64,000 nucleotides of DNA from a virus, in IMG/VR virus record IMGVR_UViG_3300050014_000310, positions 32,001 through 96,000 of that record; one strand, given 5' to 3'. Every line of letters starts with the position of its first letter. Position 1 is the first letter of the stretch. The notes below the pieces were generated by a model. It ran no database searches, was not told the DNA's origin, and was given only the letters and a program-made list of their open reading frames with translations. This document shows positions 1 through 7,922 of this stretch, one piece after another. The translations under genes were made by a program, and so were the position numbers.

Positions 1-92
1 CAGAAAGCTTACTTTAACTTTCAGCACGTCTCTTTCCAGGGCTAATTCCCTGATTTTTACTTCACCTTTCACTTGGTTTCACCTCGACTTTC

Positions 93-788
93 CTAATTGT
101 CGAACCAGAACACGATACGCACGTCCTCGGGTTTGCCCAAGCGGAGTAACTGAGGAATGGAGTCAGAGAGAAATGCCCGGCAGGTTTTGTAGTATGGCTG
201 TTCCCACGTGCACAGACCGTAGTAACTCCGCCCGATTTCATCCAACTCCTGCTCCTGATTGGCATAGGTGTTGCCGTTTTCCCGGATCGGTTTGACGATG
301 GCCTCTAATTCTTCTTGCGTTATATGCTCGATGTTGCCGCCGCCTATGCCGCCACAATAGCTATCAGGGCCTTCCCCGTGGCTCTTGTCGTAGCGAGACC
401 ATTGCCAGTATTCTTTGAGCGACAACCAACCCCGCAGTGTGACCGTTTGCGTCCAATCATAGTCAAGCAGGTCTTGCAAGAGATGGAAGCTGTGGCTATG
501 CCCATCGCAACCCCAGTCATCGGAGTTGGCCTGGACGTCAGGAGACATATCAGTAGGTAAACCCTTTGGCATGGCTATGGGGCTAAATCGTTTATCTGAA
601 TTGCAGCCATCAACATCTTGTTCATTGCGGACATTAGCCAAAATAGAGAACAAGTTGTAGGATCGTTGTCCTGCCAGCCAGAAAAGCGTGGATTTTCCAT
701 AGTCCCATGTATCCTCGCTGGGGCGTTTGACCGCAACCCACTTGCCATCAATCTTTTGTTCTACGCAGAGGTGTATATCGCAACCCAT
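93..788 (-). CDS. Conserved phage hypothetical protein (MGCDIH...VFWFDN type)
   Basis: 231 aa ORF with RBS; N- and C-terminal motifs typical of a widespread phage protein. Confidence 0.75.
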   Translation of the reverse strand: MGCDIHLCVEQKIDGKWVAVKRPSEDTWDYGKSTLFWLAGQRSYNLFSILANVRNEQDVDGCNSDKRFSPIAMPKGLPTDMSPDVQANSDDWGCDGHSHSFHLLQDLLDYDWTQTVTLRGWLSLKEYWQWSRYDKSHGEGPDSYCGGIGGGNIEHITQEELEAIVKPIRENGNTYANQEQELDEIGRSYYGLCTWEQPYYKTCRAFLSDSIPQLLRLGKPEDVRIVFWFDN

Positions 789-817
789 TTTCCTTGTCCC
801 CCTTCTAATCGTTTTCT

Positions 818-1036
818 TTAGTACCCGCCAAACCCGTACCCCAACGTGGCGATCCGTTCGCCCCTATATTTGATTGCCTTGACTACCCGGGACTCCGCCT
901 CTTCGTGCTGGCTCGTGCCGACAACGGCGTGGCGGTCATTACCCGGCAATACGTGGACTCTGAATTTGTGCTTATCGAGGTTCCGTGATATTACCTTGTG
1001 GCCGCATAGTCGGCATTTTGTGTATCTGGGCATCAT
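818..1036 (-). CDS. Small Cys/His (zinc-finger-like) hypothetical protein
   Basis: CxxC...H...H pattern; AAGGGGTG RBS. Confidence 0.6.
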   Translation of the reverse strand: MMPRYTKCRLCGHKVISRNLDKHKFRVHVLPGNDRHAVVGTSQHEEAESRVVKAIKYRGERIATLGYGFGGY

Positions 1037-1076
1037 GTCACCCCTTCTACTATTGGGATTAAGGTTCGATGTATTT

Positions 1077-1352
1077 TTATGGCATTAGCAAACTTTGATG
1101 CGATACACCCCTGAAGGTACAGCCACCGGGATTTTGATTCCATACTTGTCTTTTTTCTATTTGACAGCACATTTGTTCCAAGCAATCGTTATGAATTATG
1201 TAGGCATCTTTATCGCCAATCTTTTGAATATTTAAATGCCCAATGTGATCAAATAAACTAGCTATTCTATTTATGGATTCACTCTTGTTCTTTATTTCAT
1301 AAACCTGAGAGTTAGCTTCGTCGCACTTCTTATAGCACCAAGAACAATGCAT
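1077..1352 (-). CDS. Hypothetical protein with CxxC
   Basis: Start reassigned to the ATG at 1352 behind an AAAGGAG RBS; the upstream in-frame part overlaps the tRNA-like RNA. Confidence 0.6.
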   Translation of the reverse strand: MHCSWCYKKCDEANSQVYEIKNKSESINRIASLFDHIGHLNIQKIGDKDAYIIHNDCLEQMCCQIEKRQVWNQNPGGCTFRGVSHQSLLMP

Positions 1353-1373
1353 TGCTCTCTCTCCTTTAAAAAA

Positions 1374-1518
1374 TGCTGCGGGGACGGGCAGGGATTCGTA
1401 CCCTGCATGACTGTCTAGCCTCTGCCGCTTTCTGACTACATGAGCCAAGGATTTGAACCTTCAAGACAGCCTCGCCCGGCTTAGCTAAGCGTCTACCCTA
1501 TTCCGCCACCGCCCCGCA
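1374..1518 (-). ncRNA. tRNA-like structured RNA: acceptor stem, D-arm and T-arm, with an ~82-nt insert in place of the anticodon arm
   Basis: GGGGCGG/CCGTCCC acceptor stem, GCGGAATAGGGTAGACGC D-arm, GCAGGG-TACGAAT-CCCTGC T-arm; no canonical anticodon arm or CCA. Confidence 0.55.
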
Positions 1519-1779
1519 ACCTTCTATGTCAATGTGATTGATTTCGTAGCGCCGCCTCGTGGACCGGGTTGGGCGAGGCGGCTATAAAGTTGTATTTGAG
1601 GTGTTACTCTGCGCCCAAGGTAGCTTTACCTCCGCCGCATCCGCATGGTAACCACCTGCCTTAATTTTCAAGAATTATTCTTTAAGATTTATTGCCGCCC
1701 CGCCGTTGGCTGGAACAGACGAGGCGGCCAGTTTCCGGAAGCGGGGGCAACCGGAAAGGTTATTTTTACGTCAGATAGG

Positions 1780-2901
1780 CTAAATGATGGGTTCCTCGGG
1801 CAGAACCTCGGCCTTGCCTGTGTAGACCTTCTGCGTTGTCGTCACCGTCGTCTGCCCTTCAGCACCGCCAGCATCCACTACCCCGCCCGACCCTTCATCG
1901 TCCTCGTTGAAGTAATCATCTGCTTCGACTTCCTGCTGCAGGCAGATGTCCCGGTATTCGTCCTGCTTTTTCTTGTATTTCATCGTCTCCAGCGGCTTCA
2001 GCACTGCCCCGTTGCGAGGCTTGATCACTGCGAAGGTAAATCCTCCAGCAGTCGCCTTATCCAGCCCCAGGATGACCTCAGCCTTGAGATCGGTATAGCC
2101 ACAGGCCAGGCGACCGGAGATGAACGTATCCCAGATTTTAATTGACTTGGGCGACAGGGAGACGAAGAACGGGAACTCGGAGATTGGCAGCATCATGTGC
2201 AGCCTTCTCATTTCCTTGCACGCCTTGCCCTTGCTGGGATCTCCCTTCTCGTCCACGCTGGTGCCCCATTCGTTCTTCTCGCACAGGGCACAGAGCGGAA
2301 CCATGTCCTCGCAGTAAGTGTCATCGCGGTGCGCCAGCACGGCCTTGTGCAGTTCCAGCATCCTTGTCGCGCCTTCGGATAGGACCATTTCTTCCAACTT
2401 CTCAGCGTCAGCGCCGTTGAATGCTTTCCAGTTGAGCACCGGATGGGTGCTGAACGGCCAGACAACGCCTGCGTCCCGGAAACGATTGCATTTGCCGAAG
2501 TGCAGGCAGACTCCGCAGACCTGATGGTCAAACACTTGCAGCAGGTGTCCATCATCATCGGAGCGCATCTTGCCGACCAGCGCATCCTTAGACGTGCACA
2601 TCGGGATCTTGTCCGGACCACCCTTGATCCACAGTCCCTTGGTCGCTTGCTTGGCGATCAGGACGCCCCGGACCTCGTCGGAGATGGCATTCATGGGATC
2701 GACAAACTTCTGGAGGTCCTTGTTGATCTTGATCTGCTGCAGCTTGAATGTCACACCTACGGCACTGTTCTGCCAGTCCTGCCAGAGCACCAGGGTGTAC
2801 TCGTCGATGTCCTGCGGCGTCATGCCCGCGGTGTCCACGTTGACGAGGAGCATCTTTTTCTGTTCTTCTGTTGGGGCGCTTGCTATCATCGGTACTGCCA
2901 T
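1780..2901 (-). CDS. Putative ssDNA-binding/recombination protein
   Basis: CxxCxxNxWG...KGKACKExRRL motif and acidic C-terminal tail seen in phage SSB-like proteins; early-gene context. Confidence 0.45.
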   Translation of the reverse strand: MAVPMIASAPTEEQKKMLLVNVDTAGMTPQDIDEYTLVLWQDWQNSAVGVTFKLQQIKINKDLQKFVDPMNAISDEVRGVLIAKQATKGLWIKGGPDKIPMCTSKDALVGKMRSDDDGHLLQVFDHQVCGVCLHFGKCNRFRDAGVVWPFSTHPVLNWKAFNGADAEKLEEMVLSEGATRMLELHKAVLAHRDDTYCEDMVPLCALCEKNEWGTSVDEKGDPSKGKACKEMRRLHMMLPISEFPFFVSLSPKSIKIWDTFISGRLACGYTDLKAEVILGLDKATAGGFTFAVIKPRNGAVLKPLETMKYKKKQDEYRDICLQQEVEADDYFNEDDEGSGGVVDAGGAEGQTTVTTTQKVYTGKAEVLPEEPII

Positions 2902-2951
2902 TGTTTTTGTCTCCCTTCGAATTCTTAAATCGAATTGCTGATCGTAAGGTT

Positions 2952-3119
2952 TTACTTGTTTACTTCGCCTTTAATAAATCTGATTGCATCTCCTAGAGTA
3001 TTTTCACTGTTATAGTCGCTCCACCGTCCGTTGGAAGGATCGAGATGATAGATATACCACCTGTCGTCGATTCCTTGTTTGTAGCACCACTCATGGTTAA
3101 GCATTTCCGCAAAAGTCAT
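2952..3119 (-). CDS. Small hypothetical protein (55 aa, MTFAEMLNHEW...)
   Basis: ORF below the track cut-off, read manually; fills a gap in the operon. Confidence 0.5.
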   Translation of the reverse strand: MTFAEMLNHEWCYKQGIDDRWYIYHLDPSNGRWSDYNSENTLGDAIRFIKGEVNK

Positions 3120-3148
3120 TTTGCTGTTGGCATCCCTTCGAATTTGTC

Positions 3149-3649
3149 TTACACTGTCCCGCCGAATATGGCGGTTAATTGCGCTGCTCTCGACGACAGG
3201 ATCGCCCGGTAATTTGCCATTGTGCTTTCCAGTTTGGAGACCTCATTCTTCGCCAGACCGATGTCCAGATATTCGGTAGAAATCTGTTCCTCATATCCCT
3301 GGGCCTCTTCCCTGGCCGCCTGATATTCCTCGCTTGCCGCCAGCCGCCGGGTAGTCTCGGCGCTCCGTAGTTTGTCGTTGCTGAAACGCGGTTTGCCGTC
3401 TCCGTTAGGCTCGACCGTGACCTCGGCCTCAGTGACCGCCTTGATGTCGCCGGCCGCCGCCTTGTACTCCTCAGCGGAGCGTTTCAAGGCCTCAATAGCC
3501 GCTTGATTTGCCGTGATCTGGTCCTGCTTCTCCTTGATCCTGTCCGGCAGTCCCATCAGCCTGGTTTCAATGTCGGACAGACCGAAGTCGATGATCAACT
3601 GTTTCGCTGAATCTTGGAGCGCCTTGGTGATTTCCTGGGAAAATATCAT
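3149..3649 (-). CDS. Coiled-coil hypothetical protein
   Basis: 166 aa, heptad-rich, RBS present. Confidence 0.7.
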   Translation of the reverse strand: MIFSQEITKALQDSAKQLIIDFGLSDIETRLMGLPDRIKEKQDQITANQAAIEALKRSAEEYKAAAGDIKAVTEAEVTVEPNGDGKPRFSNDKLRSAETTRRLAASEEYQAAREEAQGYEEQISTEYLDIGLAKNEVSKLESTMANYRAILSSRAAQLTAIFGGTV

Positions 3650-3677
3650 TTTGGGATCTCCTCTCGTAAGCTAATTT

Positions 3678-3890
3678 TTATTTCCTCTCGGGGTTGATGA
3701 ATTCTCCAAACTGTGCCATCTGCTCCCGGCTATACAGGCAATCCCGCGGAATATTGTGCAGTTTCCTGAACTCCTGATGTCTCCCGCTGATCCAATGGAT
3801 ATACCCAAAGCGTGCATGTGGCGGAGGATTGCTGGCGTCATAGCCGAATGTTTGCAGGTACGCCTGGTAATACGGCTGGTAAGGCGTCAT
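3678..3890 (-). CDS. Hypothetical protein (MTPYQPYYQ...)
   Basis: ATGA overlap with the upstream gene. Confidence 0.6.
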   Translation of the reverse strand: MTPYQPYYQAYLQTFGYDASNPPPHARFGYIHWISGRHQEFRKLHNIPRDCLYSREQMAQFGEFINPERK

Positions 3891-4321
3891 TTCCTTATTA
3901 CCCAGAACTGCCAACAGTGCCGGCACATCGCTACCAGCGCCAGACCCCCGTCGCATCCATACGAGTCCACGATCTCCCCGTGATCCTCGTTCAGCAGATC
4001 AAGTTTGCAACTGGGGCAGCGGTGATCCGGACCGCAGCGCTGTTCGACGTGCAAGCAAATATGGGGAAGCAGACTCTTTTCAGTGGGAAACCGGGGATCC
4101 GACCCGCTTACTCGCTCGACCACGATCCCCTGAGATGTGGTGTATTTCGCATAGTCCGCGGGTAACGCCGTCTCGATGACCAGGAGCATTTCGGTCCGTA
4201 TTATGGTTGAAGTGGTATGGAAATAGGCTTTACTGGCTGCGTCCACGGTTTCGAGACGCAGGTTAAGGGGAATTTTGGGGATAGAATTATTGACTTTGTC
4301 TGACGTTGCCTGTATACTCAT
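3887..4321 (-). CDS. Zinc-ribbon hypothetical protein
   Basis: CPSC...CRHC; AAAGGA RBS. Confidence 0.65.
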   Translation of the reverse strand: MSIQATSDKVNNSIPKIPLNLRLETVDAASKAYFHTTSTIIRTEMLLVIETALPADYAKYTTSQGIVVERVSGSDPRFPTEKSLLPHICLHVEQRCGPDHRCPSCKLDLLNEDHGEIVDSYGCDGGLALVAMCRHCWQFWVIRK

Positions 4322-4339
4322 TGGTAGATGTTCCTTTCT

Positions 4340-4370
4340 AAGCCTTTCAACGAAGGCTTTTTTCTTTTTT
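4340..4370 (+). terminator. Intrinsic terminator facing the + strand within the minus-strand early operon
   Basis: AAGCCTT-tcaacg-AAGGCTT followed by a T-tract. Confidence 0.6.
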
Positions 4371-4377
4371 ACGCGAT

Positions 4378-4581
4378 CTACGCTGCCGGCAACGATCCGT
4401 TAGAGCCGTGAATCTGTAGCAGCGCATCCTTGGCCTTGGCCTGGCGCATCATTCGCTGAACCTTCTTCTGATCGTCTTTCAGCGAGAGCCCCAACATGGC
4501 CGCTTTCTTCAATGCCGGCAGCACATATTCCCTGAAGCCCCTAGCCGTGCCTGCGAAACCAATGCCACTCAAGCCGCTCAA
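4378..4581 (-). CDS. Hypothetical protein
   Basis: 67 aa, coupled to the upstream gene. Confidence 0.55.
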   Translation of the reverse strand: MSGLSGIGFAGTARGFREYVLPALKKAAMLGLSLKDDQKKVQRMMRQAKAKDALLQIHGSNGSLPAA

Positions 4582-4847
4582 GCTGCCTCCTCCTTTTCCT
4601 GCTCGTTGTAGAAGTAATCCACCAGCCCATCAATGCCGTACGCCTGCTCCATTAACCGGAGTATGTGTTCCTTTGGCATGACCTCTCCGGACTCGTAGCG
4701 TTTCAGTTGTCTCTCGCAGATGTGGATCCTCATTGACGCTGCTAGCTGACTGCATCCCCTGCCGCTGTCCGCCGCTTCTCTCGCCAGTCTCATGTACATT
4801 TGCAAACTGGCTACCTTGAATTTTGCGATTGTCACTTTTTGTGACAC
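4578..4847 (-). CDS. XRE-like HTH protein
   Basis: SQLAASMRIHICERQLKRYESGEVMP HTH pattern. Confidence 0.65.
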   Translation of the reverse strand: MSQKVTIAKFKVASLQMYMRLAREAADSGRGCSQLAASMRIHICERQLKRYESGEVMPKEHILRLMEQAYGIDGLVDYFYNEQEKEEAA

Positions 4848-5104
4848 TCCTCTCTGTTATATTTGTGGCGGCAGGGAATTTGGGTCACCTGATATGACCC
4901 GATGCTTTCAACAATTTTTCAACTGTGGTCAATTTTCTGTGAAACAGCTTCCGCAACCATTTGCCCATTTGCCCACCTCACTTTTTGGTCTTTGACAATT
5001 TCTTCATCTTTGCCTTGGCCACCAGGTCATACCGGCCCGATGGCCAGGCCAAAAACGAAGCTATATGGGAAGGGATGTACTCCGGGCTATGCCGTAACCC
5101 GGAA

Positions 5105-5335
5105 TTATAAGTGCTGAAGCAATGCTTTGATCTTTAGGATCTGGTCGGCATACCAGTCTGCCAGATTGGGTTCCTCGGGGACCGGGTGCTGATCTAGATG
5201 TTGGGCATTGTCCTGGTATTTTTGTAGCAGGTCCCGCAGGGCAATCTTGATGATGACCGAGTAATCAGGGTCGTCGGTGGTGATGGTCAGGGTTCCAAAG
5301 CTTTCTTTGGCGTATTTGCGGTCTACTGTAGTCAT
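5105..5335 (-). CDS. Hypothetical protein
   Basis: Start at 5335 by ATGA coupling with the upstream 30-aa ORF. Confidence 0.55.
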   Translation of the reverse strand: MTTVDRKYAKESFGTLTITTDDPDYSVIIKIALRDLLQKYQDNAQHLDQHPVPEEPNLADWYADQILKIKALLQHL

Positions 5336-5424
5336 GTCGGGATGCCTAGCCTTTCTGCTATTTGACAATAAGCGGATTCAATGATACCGATGAGGCAGCA
5401 GAGGATGACCAGTAAGTCTTGCAT
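5332..5424 (-). CDS. 30-aa hydrophobic peptide (MQDLLVILCCLIGIIESAYCQIAERLGIPT)
   Basis: Start overlaps the rha stop (TGATG); stop overlaps the next start (ATGA). Confidence 0.4.
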   Translation of the reverse strand: MQDLLVILCCLIGIIESAYCQIAERLGIPT

Positions 5425-6077
5425 CATGACGCAATGGCCTTCATTGCTCGGCGCTGGTATGAATCTGTTAGAACACGTTTTCTCTCCTGGAAATCCGGGA
5501 TTGCCATGATTAAGCCGATGTCAATTCTCTGGAGCGATCTGACTGATGCGATTTGTTCCGGTGACAGGTAGGGGCGAATAGACGGCACTTTTTCTATCCG
5601 ATGTGCTTCCCGGAATTGCTTTGATGACACACCCAGCACTATGCGATTGATCATGTCGAGCTCATTGGAAAAGTGATAATGTTTCGGCTCCTCATGGGTC
5701 AGCATGATCGCCTGGGTAAATTCGGGGAAATCGGCCTTCGCCTCGTAAAGGTTTTTGATGAAGGTTTCCATGTTGTTGAAACTATTGATATAGGCTTCCT
5801 TGAACTGAGCGGCCTTCTTGCCAGTAAAACCCATTACCGTGAAGGCGAATCCATCTCTGGTTAACAGATATTCCGGCTGCTTTTTGTTCTGAGAGTTTTT
5901 GTATGAGGACTCCACAAAATTGCGTTGTCTAAAATCTTCACTGCACTCGCAGTTGTCGATTGCCCTAAGTACGATGTCGTGTCTTTTCTTAAATTTCTCA
6001 GCCACGTAGCGACTACCCACAACTGGGATCCCCTTGTACTCGGTTACTCCGAATTCATCAATCGGCTGAATGTTCAT
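5424..6077 (-). CDS. rha: Rha family phage regulatory protein
   Basis: SRYVAEKFKKRHDIVLRAI...YLLTRDGFAFTVMGFTGKKAAQFKEAYINSFNNME. Confidence 0.9.
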   Translation of the reverse strand: MNIQPIDEFGVTEYKGIPVVGSRYVAEKFKKRHDIVLRAIDNCECSEDFRQRNFVESSYKNSQNKKQPEYLLTRDGFAFTVMGFTGKKAAQFKEAYINSFNNMETFIKNLYEAKADFPEFTQAIMLTHEEPKHYHFSNELDMINRIVLGVSSKQFREAHRIEKVPSIRPYLSPEQIASVRSLQRIDIGLIMAIPDFQERKRVLTDSYQRRAMKAIAS

Positions 6078-6367
6078 CGTGCTACCGCTTCCTCTCTATG
6101 CTTCCGTCCGCAGCCGGGCTTCGGTTTCCATTGCATCTGGGATGGCACTCTGGCTTGTATCCGCAGCGGTTCCCTGAGAGCAGATTGCAAATTGTTCAGC
6201 GCCGTCTCGGCTAGCCATTTTTCAAAGGTTTCCTTCGGAATGGAGAGTTTGCGATTGCCAGCTCGCACGAAAGGTATCTGATGGTTTCTGACCATGCTAT
6301 AAATGAGATCCTTGCTCCATCCAGTGCGTTTTGAAGTTTCCGTGATGCTCATGTTCAGTTCTGCCAT
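6074..6367 (-). CDS. Excisionase-like HTH DNA-binding protein
   Basis: MSITETSKRTGWSKDLIYSMVRNHQIPFVRAG...IPKETFEKWL; GGAG RBS before 6367. Confidence 0.8.
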   Translation of the reverse strand: MAELNMSITETSKRTGWSKDLIYSMVRNHQIPFVRAGNRKLSIPKETFEKWLAETALNNLQSALREPLRIQARVPSQMQWKPKPGCGRKHREEAVAR

Positions 6368-6426
6368 GGGTGCTCCTTGTAAAATCTTGATTTCCGGGCA
6401 CACTACCCGAAAAAGGGGTGTGTGCA

Positions 6427-6612
6427 ATGGTGCAGTACAAGTTTCAGTTGATAGCCGACAACGATCACGAATCGCTTAAAACTAAGTTGAATGCCTGGTT
6501 GCTTGAGGAGAAACCTGAGCGAATATTGAAGACGGATTTTGTAACAGATGGAAGCGAGTTCACTTACTGTGCGATGGTTCTTTACATTGGGAAAAAGCAG
6601 ATCGCTGGTTAG
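6427..6612 (+). CDS. Small protein resembling sporulation protein Cse60 (DUF2758-like)
   Basis: 61 aa; D..HESLKTKLNAWL...I....F......YCAMVLY pattern; AAGGGGTG RBS. Confidence 0.5.
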   Translation: MVQYKFQLIADNDHESLKTKLNAWLLEEKPERILKTDFVTDGSEFTYCAMVLYIGKKQIAG

Positions 6613-6845
6613 TCTCCGTCCGTGCCTGTAGCATTTAGCTGTGGCGTACCGCCACTTTCTTGGTTAAAAAAAATGGTCCAGTCAAAGCTAAGGACATCAG
6701 CAATTTTCTTTGCAGTCTCTACGCTTGGGCTTCTTATCCCAGATTCTATCTGGGTATAAAAAGAGCGGTCAATTCCTGCTAAATCGGCAGTTTCCTGATG
6801 CGTCTTATTTCCTCTGAGTGTTGTGAGCCAAACCCTCTGCAACAT
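6609..6845 (-). CDS. Cro-like HTH repressor
   Basis: THQETADLAGIDRSFYTQIESGIRSPSVETAKKIA; divergent from the CI-like gene. Confidence 0.85.
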   Translation of the reverse strand: MLQRVWLTTLRGNKTHQETADLAGIDRSFYTQIESGIRSPSVETAKKIADVLSFDWTIFFNQESGGTPQLNATGTDGD

Positions 6846-6964
6846 TATCACCTCTATTGTGGCGTTACGCAACCTTTGCATCCTTATTATAATGGTGCGC
6901 TACGCAACATGTCAATAGGTCTTGTTGAGAATCGCCACAAATATTTTAAGTTGCAGAGCGCAAC
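6641..6964. promoter_or_regulatory. Five 15-bp operators, consensus GT(T/G)GCG-N3-CGC(A/C)AC
   Basis: Copies at 6641-6655 (inside cro), 6859-6873, 6894-6908, 6924-6938, 6950-6964. Confidence 0.8.
6886..6915 (-). promoter_or_regulatory. Lytic early sigmaA promoter (TTGACA-18-TATAAT)
   Basis: Consensus hexamers upstream of cro, with an operator in the spacer. Confidence 0.8.
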
Positions 6965-6992
6965 GATATAATAAGATAAAGGCGGTGATTTT

Positions 6993-7349
6993 ATGCTAGG
7001 CAACAGGCTCACTAAATTAAGAAAAGAGGTTGGTCTGACCCAACAACAGTTGGCAGATAAACTATACATCTCAAGAGATACGTACGCTCAATACGAAATT
7101 GGCCGAAGAAACCCTGATTACGAAACTCTAACCAAGATAGCCGATTATTTTCATGTATCAACAGACTATTTTCTTGGGCGTACCGATGTTCGGAGTGCTA
7201 TTCAATCTGCTTCTGTTTCCGAAAAAGAGGTGGATGACGCTGCCCTGGCCGCCGCTAAGGAATTGGGGAGTGTTGACGTTAAGGTATTGAGAAAAATTGT
7301 CAAAGAAACTATCATGGAGGCCTTTGAATCCGACAGAAGAGGAAGATAG
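6993..7349 (+). CDS. CI/ImmR-like immunity repressor
   Basis: N-terminal XRE HTH (LTQQQLADKLYISRDTYAQYEIGRRNPDYETL); no S24 peptidase domain; adjacent to ImmA. Confidence 0.9.
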   Translation: MLGNRLTKLRKEVGLTQQQLADKLYISRDTYAQYEIGRRNPDYETLTKIADYFHVSTDYFLGRTDVRSAIQSASVSEKEVDDAALAAAKELGSVDVKVLRKIVKETIMEAFESDRRGR

Positions 7350-7351
7350 CC

Positions 7352-7849
7352 ATGGATAGTCTCCTCGAAATTGTCCACAGGGAAAATATCTATCTGGCGT
7401 ATAAGGATTTGAGATCGGCGGGCCCCCTTTTGGGGTTATATATCAATTGTAAAAATAAGGGGATCATTCTCTTGGACAACTCTTTATTTTACGGTTATAG
7501 ACTTCATAGGTGTATTCTGGCGCATGAGTTGGGACATCATTTTTTCCCGCCTCGATCTAGAATTATTGCCTTTCACCGGAGTGACTTCAACCAGGATATA
7601 ACTACGAGCCAAGACGAGCAGAAAGCTATGAAATATGGCACTAACCTGCTTTTGCCAACAGAGCAGGTTTGGACGGCGATCAAGAATGGTTACGATAGCG
7701 TTTCCCTGCTAGCTGAATATTTCTATGTCACAGATTGGTTTGTTCGAGCAAAGATAGGATTTATCCGGTTGGATGAACGAGAACGAGGGAACAAACTAAA
7801 ATGGAGAGACATCCTGAACAGACCGCCTAACGGCGGTTTCTGTATCTAA
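7352..7849 (+). CDS. ImmA/IrrE family metallopeptidase (anti-repressor)
   Basis: LAHELGHH motif and downstream E..A; lies between repressor and integrase. Confidence 0.9.
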   Translation: MDSLLEIVHRENIYLAYKDLRSAGPLLGLYINCKNKGIILLDNSLFYGYRLHRCILAHELGHHFFPPRSRIIAFHRSDFNQDITTSQDEQKAMKYGTNLLLPTEQVWTAIKNGYDSVSLLAEYFYVTDWFVRAKIGFIRLDERERGNKLKWRDILNRPPNGGFCI

Positions 7850-7856
7850 TAAAGCA

Positions 7857-7883
7857 TTCGACAGGTTACGACCATATTCGACA
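7857..7883. promoter_or_regulatory. Spo0A-box-like repeats upstream of the integrase
   Basis: TTCGACA (=TGTCGAA) at 7857 and 7877, TACGACC at 7867; 10-bp period. Confidence 0.5.
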
Positions 7884-7922
7884 TTAACCAGGTTTTTAGC
7901 CCTACATAAGAATTATTGTGAG

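Noticed and set aside
2912-3145. Repeated AATTCGAAGGGA before two genes
   Set aside because: Short and includes the RBS; not enough to call a regulatory repeat.
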